From positions 240,001-272,000 of the forward strand of contig NC_006833.1 of the NCBI RefSeq assembly GCF_000008385.1: 32,000 nucleotides of DNA, read 5' to 3'. Numbering within the stretch: the first letter of the stretch is position 1; each line of letters opens with the position of its first letter. This document shows, piece after piece, positions 9,592 through 18,148 of this stretch. Under the pieces are notes generated by a model. The model was given only the letters and a program-made list of their open reading frames with translations, did no database searches and had not been told where the DNA came from. The position numbers were made by a program, and so were the translations under genes. The DNA is from Wolbachia endosymbiont strain TRS of Brugia malayi (lineage in GTDB: Bacteria > Pseudomonadota > Alphaproteobacteria > Rickettsiales > Anaplasmataceae).

Positions 9592-11352
9592 CTATTTTTG
9601 AATAAACTCCATTTGCATTTCTCGTATATTACTTTCTATTTGCTCTATTTGTTCTATTAGTCTTTCCTCTAAGCCAAAGTCACCGCCTAGCCTTGCTTCG
9701 ATTCTTTCTCTTTGTAATACATTTAATTCCCCCCTTAACACTATATTATTCCATACAGTTTTCGCAGATTTCCCATTGTTTAATTGACTGTTTAGTATGC
9801 TAGTCTTTTCAAATATAAGCTTTATGGTTCCATCAACGTTAAACTGTTCTAACTCTTGTAATAAAACCTCTTTATTGAGTTCACTTCCATTATTTGCTAC
9901 ATTAATTATATGCTGTTGCAATCTTTTTATCTTCACATTAGTAAATTCAAAATGGGAAAATTGCTCAAAGTATATAGGATGGTTCAAGATTTCAGGAAAT
10001 TCTAAGGTTATGCGTAAAATTATGGCCTGATTTTGTTCTGCTTCAATTAGCTCTGGAGATTTGTTGTAAAGATATTCACTTTTCGTTGCTCTTGTTTTAT
10101 TATTAAAAACCTGCTTTTTGAAGCTATTTCTTAGCTCACTAGCTTTATCGTAAAAGTAATCTCTATAATACCTTCTAATACTGCTGTTACCGATAGCATT
10201 GACATATTCCATGAACTTGCGCTCAAGAATTGAATATTTTTCCGGGGCAAGTTTCTCATAGTTTTGCAAATTGCTACCAATTATGTAATGCCACAAATAT
10301 TCAGAATGAAGTTTTGTTGAATGGTCAAGCGCGGAGAGTACGGTTTCTTTCTTATGTTCCAGCTCATTACATACATCGTATGGGTCTTTATCGGTTGGCA
10401 AAGTCACAAACTTTAACGTGTATCCAGGCTCTAATATTGGCAGAACAAGTTCCGCAACTCTAATTGCAGCATTACGTCCAGCACTATCGCCATCCATACA
10501 GATAGAGATTTCTTTAGCAAATTTCCATAGACTTTTTATTTGTTCTGCAGAAATTGCGGTACCCAGTGGAGCAACTATATTGCTAATTCCCGTTTGATGC
10601 AGTGCTATCACATCCATATATCCCTCAACAACAAATACATGCTGTTTTTTGTGTATTTCACTTAAAGCAAAGTTTAACCCGTATAAGTTTTCCCTTTTCT
10701 TGAATAGTTGACTTTCTGGGCTGTTTAAATATTTTGGCTGTTGTTTAGAGCTCAGCGCGCGTCCGCCAAAACCAATAACTTTTCCTGCGATGTTATATAT
10801 AGGAAATATCAGCCGGTTACAAAAATAATCACGAGAATTTTTATTTATCAATCCAACATCAATTAAAATTTTGTCCTCAATACCCAAGGAGTTTAAATAT
10901 TCTTTCAAACCAGAACTTGGTGCATAACCTACCTTAAATTTATCTATGATTTTAGGTGAAATCTTGCGCTGCTTTAGATAAGCTATAATACCTTGATTTT
11001 TTTGTACAAACCAACTTGCAGCTAAATTCAGCGTCGAAAACAGTTCGCCGTTTTCTTTAGCTAAATTAAGGGTTTTAGGTAACTCAACGCCTACAACTGA
11101 TGCCAGCCTTTCCAGTGCTTCTTTAAAACTCAGCCCCTCAGTTTGTGAAATGAAATTGAACACATCACCATGAGCCGAACAACCAAAGCAGTGATACGAT
11201 CCTTTAGTATTACTCACCAAAAAAGACGGTGTTTTTTCGCTATGAAATGGACAGAATCCAACAAAACTATCTCCTCTTTTTGTTAGCCTGACTTTCTTAC
11301 CTACTATATCGGATAATAATAATCTTGATTTTATAATATCTATATAATCCAT
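9592..11352 (-). CDS. dnaG: DNA primase
   Basis: 586 aa. Zinc finger 'CPFHSEKTPSFLVSNTKGSYHCFGCSAHGD' and TOPRIM motifs 'VVEGYMDVIAL' and 'CMDGDSAGRNAA'. Confidence 0.92.
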   Translation of the reverse strand: MDYIDIIKSRLLLSDIVGKKVRLTKRGDSFVGFCPFHSEKTPSFLVSNTKGSYHCFGCSAHGDVFNFISQTEGLSFKEALERLASVVGVELPKTLNLAKENGELFSTLNLAASWFVQKNQGIIAYLKQRKISPKIIDKFKVGYAPSSGLKEYLNSLGIEDKILIDVGLINKNSRDYFCNRLIFPIYNIAGKVIGFGGRALSSKQQPKYLNSPESQLFKKRENLYGLNFALSEIHKKQHVFVVEGYMDVIALHQTGISNIVAPLGTAISAEQIKSLWKFAKEISICMDGDSAGRNAAIRVAELVLPILEPGYTLKFVTLPTDKDPYDVCNELEHKKETVLSALDHSTKLHSEYLWHYIIGSNLQNYEKLAPEKYSILERKFMEYVNAIGNSSIRRYYRDYFYDKASELRNSFKKQVFNNKTRATKSEYLYNKSPELIEAEQNQAIILRITLEFPEILNHPIYFEQFSHFEFTNVKIKRLQQHIINVANNGSELNKEVLLQELEQFNVDGTIKLIFEKTSILNSQLNNGKSAKTVWNNIVLRGELNVLQRERIEARLGGDFGLEERLIEQIEQIESNIREMQMEFIQK

Positions 11353-11405
11353 CTTATTGAATTAGTAGTGGTAGGACAAAGATTATACAGAATTTATGCA
11401 CATCT

Positions 11406-11427
11406 AGCTCAAAATTTATTTTGAGCT
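11406..11427. promoter_or_regulatory. 22-bp perfect inverted repeat in the divergent dnaG / rpiB-ubiG intergenic region
   Basis: 'agctcaaaat tt attttgagct' has two 10-nt arms that are exact reverse complements. Its function as an operator or RNA hairpin is unknown. Confidence 0.3.
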
Positions 11428-11497
11428 TCAGAGTTTCAAAAAGATTAGAAGCATTGGGTGGCTTGACAGAAAGCTTAAAATGGATTACTCATATTAG

Positions 11498-12706
11498 ATG
11501 TCCTTAAGTGATGCAAGATCAATTTCTTATATGTCAGATATAATATCAATCGCTTCAGACCATGCTGGTTATGAATTAAAATCAGAAATAAAGTCTTACC
11601 TGGAAACTCTGGGTTGCAAAGTGCTAGACCGTGGTTGTACTGCTGAGCAAAAGTGCGTAGATTATCCAGACTATGCTGTTAAAATTGCAGAAGATATAAT
11701 AAACAAAAAAGCAGATTATGGGATATTAATCTGTGGCACAGGTCTGGGTATGAGTATCGTAGCAAATCGCTTTAAAGGGATCCACGCCGTTTTATGTAAT
11801 AGTGTTGAGATCACGAAATTAGCCCGCGAACATGGCAATGCAAATGTATTGTGCCTTGGTGCAAGATTTACTGCCAGTGGATTAGCAAAAGATATAGTCA
11901 AACAATTCCTCGAAACAGAATTTTCAAAAGAAAGCAGACACAAAAGACGCCTTGATAAACTCAGTAATATAGCCTCTTTTAGTAAGAGAAAAAAAGTACA
12001 AACTTATAACGAAGATGAGGTGTCAAAATTTGCTAAAATGGTAGGCGAATGGTGGGATGAGAATGGCAAATTCAAGCCATTACACATGATGAATCCTGTG
12101 AGAGTATCTTACATTATCGAGAAGATAAAAGAGTTAAAGAAGTGTGATCTAAAGAAATTATCATTGCTTGATGTTGGGTGTGGTGGTGGTATTTTATCAG
12201 AATCAATAGCACGCGTCGGCATTAACGTTTTAGGAATAGATGTATGTGAAGAAAACATAAAAGTGGCACAGTCACATGCGAAAAAAGTAGGGTTGAATAT
12301 AGAATATACACACACTAGCATTGAAGAGCTAAGCAATAACCAAAAATACGATGTAGTTCTATTGATGGAAGTAGTTGAGCATGTGGATAATTTAGAGCTT
12401 TTCATAAAAAAAGCAATAGAATTGCTAAAACCAGAGGGACTGATATTTATATCAACAATAAATAGAACTTTTAAATCCTTCTTTCTTGCAATAATTGGTG
12501 CAGAGTACATATTAAACTGGCTGCCGAAAGGTACGCACAATTGGAATAAGTTTCTCAAGCCATCAGAGATTGCAAATCACCTAAGGGAAGGCAATGTAAC
12601 ACTGCAAGACATGGCAGGTATGGAGTATAACATAATAAAGAGCGAATGGAATTTAACTAAAGGTGTGGATGTTAACTATATACTTTGTGGTGTGATGAAT
12701 AGTTAG
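11498..12706 (+). CDS. Fused ribose-5-phosphate isomerase B / ubiquinone biosynthesis O-methyltransferase (RpiB-UbiG) ORF
   Basis: 402 aa. The N-terminal ~150 aa is RpiB/LacAB-like ('SDHAGYELK', 'CGTGLGMSIVANRFKGIHAVLC', 'RHKRRLDKL'). The C-terminal ~230 aa is UbiG-like ('WWDENGKFKPLHMMNPVRVSYI', SAM motif 'LLDVGCGGGILSE', 'VVLLMEVVEHV', 'GTHNWNKFLKPSE'). No stop codon separates the two parts. RpiB probably starts at the ATG at 11531. Confidence 0.8.
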   Translation: MSLSDARSISYMSDIISIASDHAGYELKSEIKSYLETLGCKVLDRGCTAEQKCVDYPDYAVKIAEDIINKKADYGILICGTGLGMSIVANRFKGIHAVLCNSVEITKLAREHGNANVLCLGARFTASGLAKDIVKQFLETEFSKESRHKRRLDKLSNIASFSKRKKVQTYNEDEVSKFAKMVGEWWDENGKFKPLHMMNPVRVSYIIEKIKELKKCDLKKLSLLDVGCGGGILSESIARVGINVLGIDVCEENIKVAQSHAKKVGLNIEYTHTSIEELSNNQKYDVVLLMEVVEHVDNLELFIKKAIELLKPEGLIFISTINRTFKSFFLAIIGAEYILNWLPKGTHNWNKFLKPSEIANHLREGNVTLQDMAGMEYNIIKSEWNLTKGVDVNYILCGVMNS

Positions 12707-12845
12707 ATTTTACTCATAAAAGTACCATCTTTATTTCCAAAGTAGTAAAGAAGAATCAACACATCTTTTCTTATTATTGAACACCAATCCAGGAATGCAG
12801 TTTACTTCACCTCCAGAAATTTCATGATCACCCTGACCCACGAAT

Positions 12846-13127
12846 TCATACCCAGAGGAACAATAACACATTTCCATTCTGCACCATTTGCTTCTCATAA
12901 AAGCAGCAAGTCTCTTTTCCTGTTATCGTTCTTACAATTTTAGATGCACCAAAAAATACAGCAATAAACATATCAGGTGAGAAAAGTGCAGACCAAGGCA
13001 TTCTTCCAAATATTGTAAGCAAATTTGCACCAATTGTTACATTGTAAAAAAGTAGTCCACCTATTCCATGAATGTAATTTACTACATTACATATTATATC
13101 TATTACCTTATCAGTTGAGCATAAAGA
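12846..13127 (-). pseudogene. VirB2/TrbC-family T4SS pilin-like gene remnant (no start codon or leader)
   Basis: The open frame reads 'TDKVIDIICNVVNYIHGIGGLLFYNVTIGANLLTIFGRMPWSALFSPDMFIAVFFGASKIVRTITGKE...'. This is colinear with Agrobacterium VirB2 '...NNICTFILGPFGQSLAVLGIVAIGISWMFGRASLGLVAGVVGGIVIMFGASFLGQTLTG'. The spacing FGR-16 aa-FGAS-4 aa-T(L/I)TG is identical. An in-frame stop lies immediately upstream and there is no signal peptide. Confidence 0.5.
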
Positions 13128-13248
13128 TTATATTAAATATACTTAACCACTTTTCACTATCATAAATCCGTAGAGTTTGCAATGAAATCCGGTAGTCTAT
13201 TGATTTTTATCACTAGTATAGGTACGATAAAGCTTTAAGTACTAGATA

Positions 13249-14871
13249 ATGGAGCAATTTGAGAATTTTTATATAACCACGCCAATATATTATGTAAACG
13301 ACAAACCGCACATTGGTCACGCATATACCTCCCTCATCTGTGATGTTACAGCTAGGTTTATGAAGCTAGCTGGAAAAAATGTTAAATTTACTACCGGTAC
13401 AGACGAGCACGGGCAAAAAATCGAAAAAGCAGCTAAAACAAAGGGAATGCATCCAAAAGAATTTACAGATAAAGTGAGCGTTTCATTTAGGAAATTAGCT
13501 GAGTTCATAGATTTTCAATATGATGATTTTATTCGCACCACAGAAGAACGTCACGAGAAAGCAGTTGTAGCTTTATGGGATAGGCTTGAAGAGAGGGGAC
13601 AAATATATCTGGATTCTTATTCAGGTTGGTATTCAGTCAGCGATGAGGCATTTTATCAGGAATCGGAGCTAATAGATGGCAAAGCACCAACAGGTGCTGA
13701 GGTTGAATGGGTAAAAGAAGAGAGTTACTTTTTTCGTTTATCAAGTTGGCAAAATAAATTACTAGAACTATACAAAAATCAGCCAAATTTTATCTTTCCT
13801 GAAAGCAGAAAAAATGAAGTGATATCGTTTGTAAAATCAGGACTGACTGACCTTTCAATTTCTCGCATTAGTTTTAACTGGGGGATAAAAGTGCCAAGAA
13901 ATGACAAACACATAATCTACGTTTGGGTAGATGCATTAACTAATTATCTCACATCAATAGGTTTTCCTAACACGGAAAATGAAGAATATAAAAAGTTTTG
14001 GGCAGAATCACAGTCTGTCATCCAAGTAGCTGACACTTGGATCCAGAAGGAAATACAGATTTCGGCGTCACGCGCTAGAATGACATCGAATCTAGCTGAT
14101 AACTCCTTCAATATTCATGTAATTGGCAAAGACATATTACGCTTTCACGCCGTATACTGGCCGGCAATTCTCCTTGCAGCAGACTTGCCACTGCCAAAAC
14201 AAATTGTAGTTCATGGTTGGTGGTTAAACGAGGGGAAAAAAATATCTAAGTCTCTCGGTAATGTCATAGATCCAATTGCCTTGGCTAAAGAGTTTGGTGT
14301 TGATCAGCTGCGCTATTTTCTCCTTCGGGAAGCAAGCTTTGGCCAGGATGGTAATTTCAGTAAGAAGAACATGATCAGCCGAATAAATTCAGAACTTGCA
14401 AATAATATAGGTAATTTAGTGCAAAGAACGATTTCATTTTTACATAAACGATGCTTTGGAGTTGTACCAACAGTTGACAAAAGCCTACTTAAAGGTGAGG
14501 AAGGCCTTCCAAATTACAGAGCTATATTCAATCAAGTAATGGATCATTTATCAAAGTATGAATTTAACCACATTATACTTCTAATTATCAACATTTCTTC
14601 CGAAGCCAATGCTTATATAGATAAAAGCGCGCCTTGGATACTAAGCAAAACTGATAGAGAGCGCATGAATCTAGTGATCTACAAACTACTGGAATATATC
14701 AGGATAATTGGTATTCTATTACAACCAATTGTCCCGAGGCCAGCAGAGGTGATACTTGACCAGTTGCAAATCCCGAAAGAACAACGAGATTTAAAATCTC
14801 TGTGTGGCGCGTACGTAAGTTCAGGCACTACATTGCATAAACCTACGCCGGTTTTTTTGAGGATTGAGTAG
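13249..14871 (+). CDS. metG: Methionine--tRNA ligase (carrying an in-frame ~30-aa insertion)
   Basis: 540 aa. HIGH motif 'KPHIGHAYT', KMSKS-type 'KKISKSLGN', plus 'WVDALTNY' and 'IGKDILRFHAVYWPA'. Confidence 0.92.
   Translation: MEQFENFYITTPIYYVNDKPHIGHAYTSLICDVTARFMKLAGKNVKFTTGTDEHGQKIEKAAKTKGMHPKEFTDKVSVSFRKLAEFIDFQYDDFIRTTEERHEKAVVALWDRLEERGQIYLDSYSGWYSVSDEAFYQESELIDGKAPTGAEVEWVKEESYFFRLSSWQNKLLELYKNQPNFIFPESRKNEVISFVKSGLTDLSISRISFNWGIKVPRNDKHIIYVWVDALTNYLTSIGFPNTENEEYKKFWAESQSVIQVADTWIQKEIQISASRARMTSNLADNSFNIHVIGKDILRFHAVYWPAILLAADLPLPKQIVVHGWWLNEGKKISKSLGNVIDPIALAKEFGVDQLRYFLLREASFGQDGNFSKKNMISRINSELANNIGNLVQRTISFLHKRCFGVVPTVDKSLLKGEEGLPNYRAIFNQVMDHLSKYEFNHIILLIINISSEANAYIDKSAPWILSKTDRERMNLVIYKLLEYIRIIGILLQPIVPRPAEVILDQLQIPKEQRDLKSLCGAYVSSGTTLHKPTPVFLRIE
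14016..14085. repeat. Palindromic repeat element inserted in-frame in metG
   Basis: Hairpin 'atccaagt' (14020-14027) / 'acttggat' (14035-14042). Terminal inverted hexamers 'tgtcat' (14016-14021) / 'atgaca' (14080-14085). The start 'tgtcatccaagtag' recurs as 'tgtcatccaaatag' at 23817-23830. Confidence 0.6.
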
Positions 14872-14904
14872 AGGTCACATAATATGCCCTCTACTTATTT
14901 TGCT
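14868..14904. terminator. Candidate hairpin terminator between metG and the convergent decayed gene
   Basis: A 7-bp stem 'gtagagg' (14868-14874) / 'cctctac' (14888-14894) with a 13-nt loop, followed by T-rich 'ttattttgcttt'. It overlaps the metG stop codon. Confidence 0.35.
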
Positions 14905-15695
14905 TTAGGATTTAGTTATGCTAGAGTTAACAACAAATGATTGAGTTACGTTAACATCATCAAATGATGCTGATACGGGAGTAGTAGCATAATTATAAAA
15001 AACGTAAGGTAAATAACTCATAGCTAAATAAGGCATAACTTTTGTTGCTTGACCAGCAAGCCAATTAATTGCGCTCACTGCTTGATTAAAATAACCATTA
15101 ACTTTAGTTCCTTCTTCAGTTTGCTGATTTCTATGCTGGAAACCTCAGTATCTTGACTTTATGCATCAAAATATGAGTAATATTCTAAATCATTTAAATT
15201 TTTAGAAGTCGTAAGACCTAAAAAATCCAAACCATTAGCTTGTTTTCCTTGTCTGTCAGAAGGAACTTCGTGATCTAGGTAGTTCAAATGACCTCTTCTT
15301 TAGATGATTGCTCTTGCTTATCAAAAAGTTCAGTATTCTTTTTAGCAAGACGAGTTTCCTGTTCAGAAATCCTTTCTTTCGAGCCTGCACTAAAGCATCT
15401 TTCCCAGCAAGTTGAGCATCTTTCTCAGAAATGACTTTGTTCTTACTAATTGCTGCATATAAAAGTGCAATAGTTACAATAAAAAACACAGCACAGCTAA
15501 CAATAAGCAAGAGGGTCAACACTTAACGCTGCAGCTGAAGCTAAAAAACAACATAAGGAGCTATAGCAAACGTTCCTGATACTAATAGGGTTGAAGTAGC
15601 TGAGGTACCAATTATATAATAAGGTACATTATTCTTATTTATGATTACCCAGCAATTATTTATGTCATTGTGACAATTACAAAAGCAACCGTCAA
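14905..15695 (-). pseudogene. Decayed gene for a membrane protein with a coiled-coil segment (unknown family)
   Basis: Pieces lie in different frames. (1) 'FDGCFCNCHNDINNCWVIINKNNVPYYIIGTSATSTLLVSGTFAIAPYVVF*'. (2) 'LTLLLIVSCAVFFIVTIALLYAAISKNKVISEKDAQLAGKDALVQARK', then shifted, 'ERISEQETRLAKKNTELFDKQEQSSKEEV'. (3) '...GYFNQAVSAINWLAGQATKVMPYLAMSYLPYVFYNYATTPVSASFDD...'. Only an 88-aa ORF survives (15256-15522). Confidence 0.4.
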
Positions 15696-15730
15696 ATTAA
15701 ATTTTACATAACAAGCAGATAAATCTTGAA

Positions 15731-15814
15731 ACGCGATTTAAGATTTCTGTGCAACACGTACATAAGTCCAGGACCACATTACCTAAGCCTACGCCAGTTT
15801 TTTTTGAGGATTGA
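15731..15814 (+). repeat. Diverged duplicate of the metG 3' terminus
   Basis: 'acgcgatttaagatttctgtgcaacacgtacataagtccaggaccacattacctaagcctacgccagttttttttgaggattga' aligns with metG 14784-14867 'acgagatttaaaatctctgtgtggcgcgtacgtaagttcaggcactacattgcataaacctacgccggtttttttgaggattga'. Identity is roughly 80% by eye. Confidence 0.7.
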
Positions 15815-16426
15815 TGCTTAAATAACCCTTGGTAGACCATTAAGCTCATATCTATACCAACACTGCAATTTGCAGGTAATTTGCACGACACTCACTAGTA
15901 GAGATCGCTTTTGTAATTGCAATGTTGGTGTAACCTAAATTGTCTTAGCTAAAATGCTTAAGGAACTCACCAAGCAGGAAAAAAAGCAAAAGAAACCCTA
16001 GTGATATCTCTTGTAGGAACTTGACATTAATGTCTTATATGCTTGGTAAGTAGTCAACCTTGGAATTATAAATATCCATAACGTCACGATAAGGGTAATG
16101 CAGAAGTTTTTCAAATAATTTCTTTATAAAAAAAGAAGATTAGTTGATTTTTGAACTAATTCTTAAATAAAGACAAAAAGAACAATGCAATGTGAGTTGT
16201 TTACTGTTCTCTCAAAAACTTGGCGCTTATTACATTACTTAATAAGCGAGATTCAGCTAACGTAGATAAAAATTTATAAAGACATGGAGTGTCTATATAA
16301 GAAAAATTAAACATAACACACCTAGTTTAATAATGTGCTTTTGTCACTTAAATAAAGATTAAGGATAAATTTTAGGTCTAAAACATCCCCATATAAGGGT
16401 TCTTAAGGCCTGTAAAATGGGCTTTA

Positions 16427-16448
16427 CATTTCTGTGAGCTGCTTGAAT
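16427..16448. repeat. Second copy of the short repeat core 'catttctgtgagctgcttgaat'
   Basis: Exact match to 9484-9505. Confidence 0.6.
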
Positions 16449-16624
16449 TCCTGAAATCAAAATGCTCGTGCAATTGTGTACGTGGTGCTGAAATCTAGCT
16501 TATGATCAGCCATATGATATAGAAATGAACTTCGTTAATCATGCAAACTTTCACAGAAAATAGGCTTAGGTATTTTCAACTTTTGTTTGTATACTAAGTC
16601 AAAATGCTTACCTTCAGCACGTAG

Positions 16625-18013
16625 ATGGATATAATAAAGTTTGTTTTATTACTACCAACAATATTACTAATACTAACTGCTGGTGTTTATCTATCAGTTA
16701 GATTGAAATGGTTACAGATATTTAGGTTACCACATGCCCTTTCACTTATTGGAGTTAAGAAAGGGGAAAATAAATTTTCCTCTATAGCTGCCCTATTTAC
16801 AATCTTAGGAGGAAATTTAGGAGTAGGGAATATTTCAGGAACTGCTGTTGCTCTAAAAACAGGAGGACCAGGTTCTATTTTGTGGATGGCGATAATTGTT
16901 ATTATCACTTCTGTAATAAAATATGTCACTTGTTACCTGAGTATAAAGAACAGAAAGAAAAAGAATGGACGATTTATAGGTGGCCCTATGGCCTATATGG
17001 TTGATGCATTTAACTCTAGAAAAGCTACAGTTGTATTCCTAGTTATTATGATAATGGTTTCGATAATCGTCGGTAACCTTGTTCAGGTAAATTCCCTGTC
17101 AATACCACTTGATATGATAAATGTACCTGTGGTCACTGGTGGAATTATTATGACCATAATATTTTTTGTTGTTGCGGCTCTTAGCTTAAAAAAAATCAAA
17201 ATTTTCATATCAGCTATGATACCAATAATGACAATAAGTTACCTCACACTTTGCGGTATTATATTATTTAAATTTAGTGAAAATATTCTTCCTTCTCTAA
17301 AGCTAATAACAAGCAGCTTTTTTACAACTAGTAGCTTTAACTTTGGTTTATCTTTAGGTTTAGTTTTAGAAATGTTAACTATTATTCAAGTAGGAACTTT
17401 ACGAGGTATTTTTGCAACAGATATAGGGCTTGGTCTCGAAGGAATTGTACACTCTTCAATTATTCCTAAGAAAAATAATAATAAATTTATTATCGAACAG
17501 AGTCTAATCACAATAATATCGCCTTTTATAGTTGCATTCATAGTATTTATTACAACAATGGTACTGCTTGTTACAGATTCTTGGGTTACTGGTTTAGAGA
17601 GTACTAACATGTGCATATTTGCTTTCAGAAAAGCAATGAATTGGCCTTATATTGACTATTTAATTATGGCCATAATGTTTTGTTTTGCTTTTACTACTAT
17701 TTTTACCTGGTTTTTTTGCTCGAAGCAGACAATACGTTATGTATCTCAAAATGATAAATACACTAAAATCTGGATTATAATCTTCACTGCGGTTATCCCA
17801 CTTGGTTCAATAAGTAAGGTTCAGTTGCTATGGGATGTTGCCGATATTTCTATCGCTGCTTTGTTGTTTATCAACATATTAGCTATACTCAAACTGACTT
17901 CTCGAGATCCAGAAGTGTTCACTGTGAGCAGCAGGTATCTGAAGTTGAATCAGCCGATTTTCAACAAAAACAAAACTAGAAACTGGCTAGCTATTCTCAT
18001 ATTAAGGGGTTGA
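16625..18013 (+). CDS. Alanine/glycine:cation symporter (AGCS family amino-acid carrier)
   Basis: 462 aa and polytopic. The N-terminal signature 'FSSIAALFTILGGNLGVGNISGTAVALKTGGPGSILWM' is typical of sodium:alanine symporters. Confidence 0.85.
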   Translation: MDIIKFVLLLPTILLILTAGVYLSVRLKWLQIFRLPHALSLIGVKKGENKFSSIAALFTILGGNLGVGNISGTAVALKTGGPGSILWMAIIVIITSVIKYVTCYLSIKNRKKKNGRFIGGPMAYMVDAFNSRKATVVFLVIMIMVSIIVGNLVQVNSLSIPLDMINVPVVTGGIIMTIIFFVVAALSLKKIKIFISAMIPIMTISYLTLCGIILFKFSENILPSLKLITSSFFTTSSFNFGLSLGLVLEMLTIIQVGTLRGIFATDIGLGLEGIVHSSIIPKKNNNKFIIEQSLITIISPFIVAFIVFITTMVLLVTDSWVTGLESTNMCIFAFRKAMNWPYIDYLIMAIMFCFAFTTIFTWFFCSKQTIRYVSQNDKYTKIWIIIFTAVIPLGSISKVQLLWDVADISIAALLFINILAILKLTSRDPEVFTVSSRYLKLNQPIFNKNKTRNWLAILILRG

Positions 18014-18148
18014 TTTTCATACTTGTTACTTGTATAGTTCGTGTCGTTATATTAACAATACAACTGTCTTTTTTAAAAATTTAATCAGTTTTCATAATAA
18101 TAATACTAGCTAAAGCTAAAAAGTGAAGGGTTATTAGTGAGGAAAAAT

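Noticed and set aside
11463-11497. Sigma-70 promoter for rpiB-ubiG (TTGACA at 11463-11468)
   Set aside because: The -35 hexamer is perfect, but no convincing -10 lies at 16-19 nt spacing ('tactca' is poor, and 'catatt' or 'tattag' are too far). The annotated ATG would also leave no 5' UTR.
12109-12558. 149-aa minus-strand ORF
   Set aside because: It is fully antisense to the UbiG methyltransferase domain and has no family signature.
15697-15891. 64-aa minus-strand ORF
   Set aside because: It runs antisense across the duplicated metG 3' fragment, so it is most likely fortuitous.
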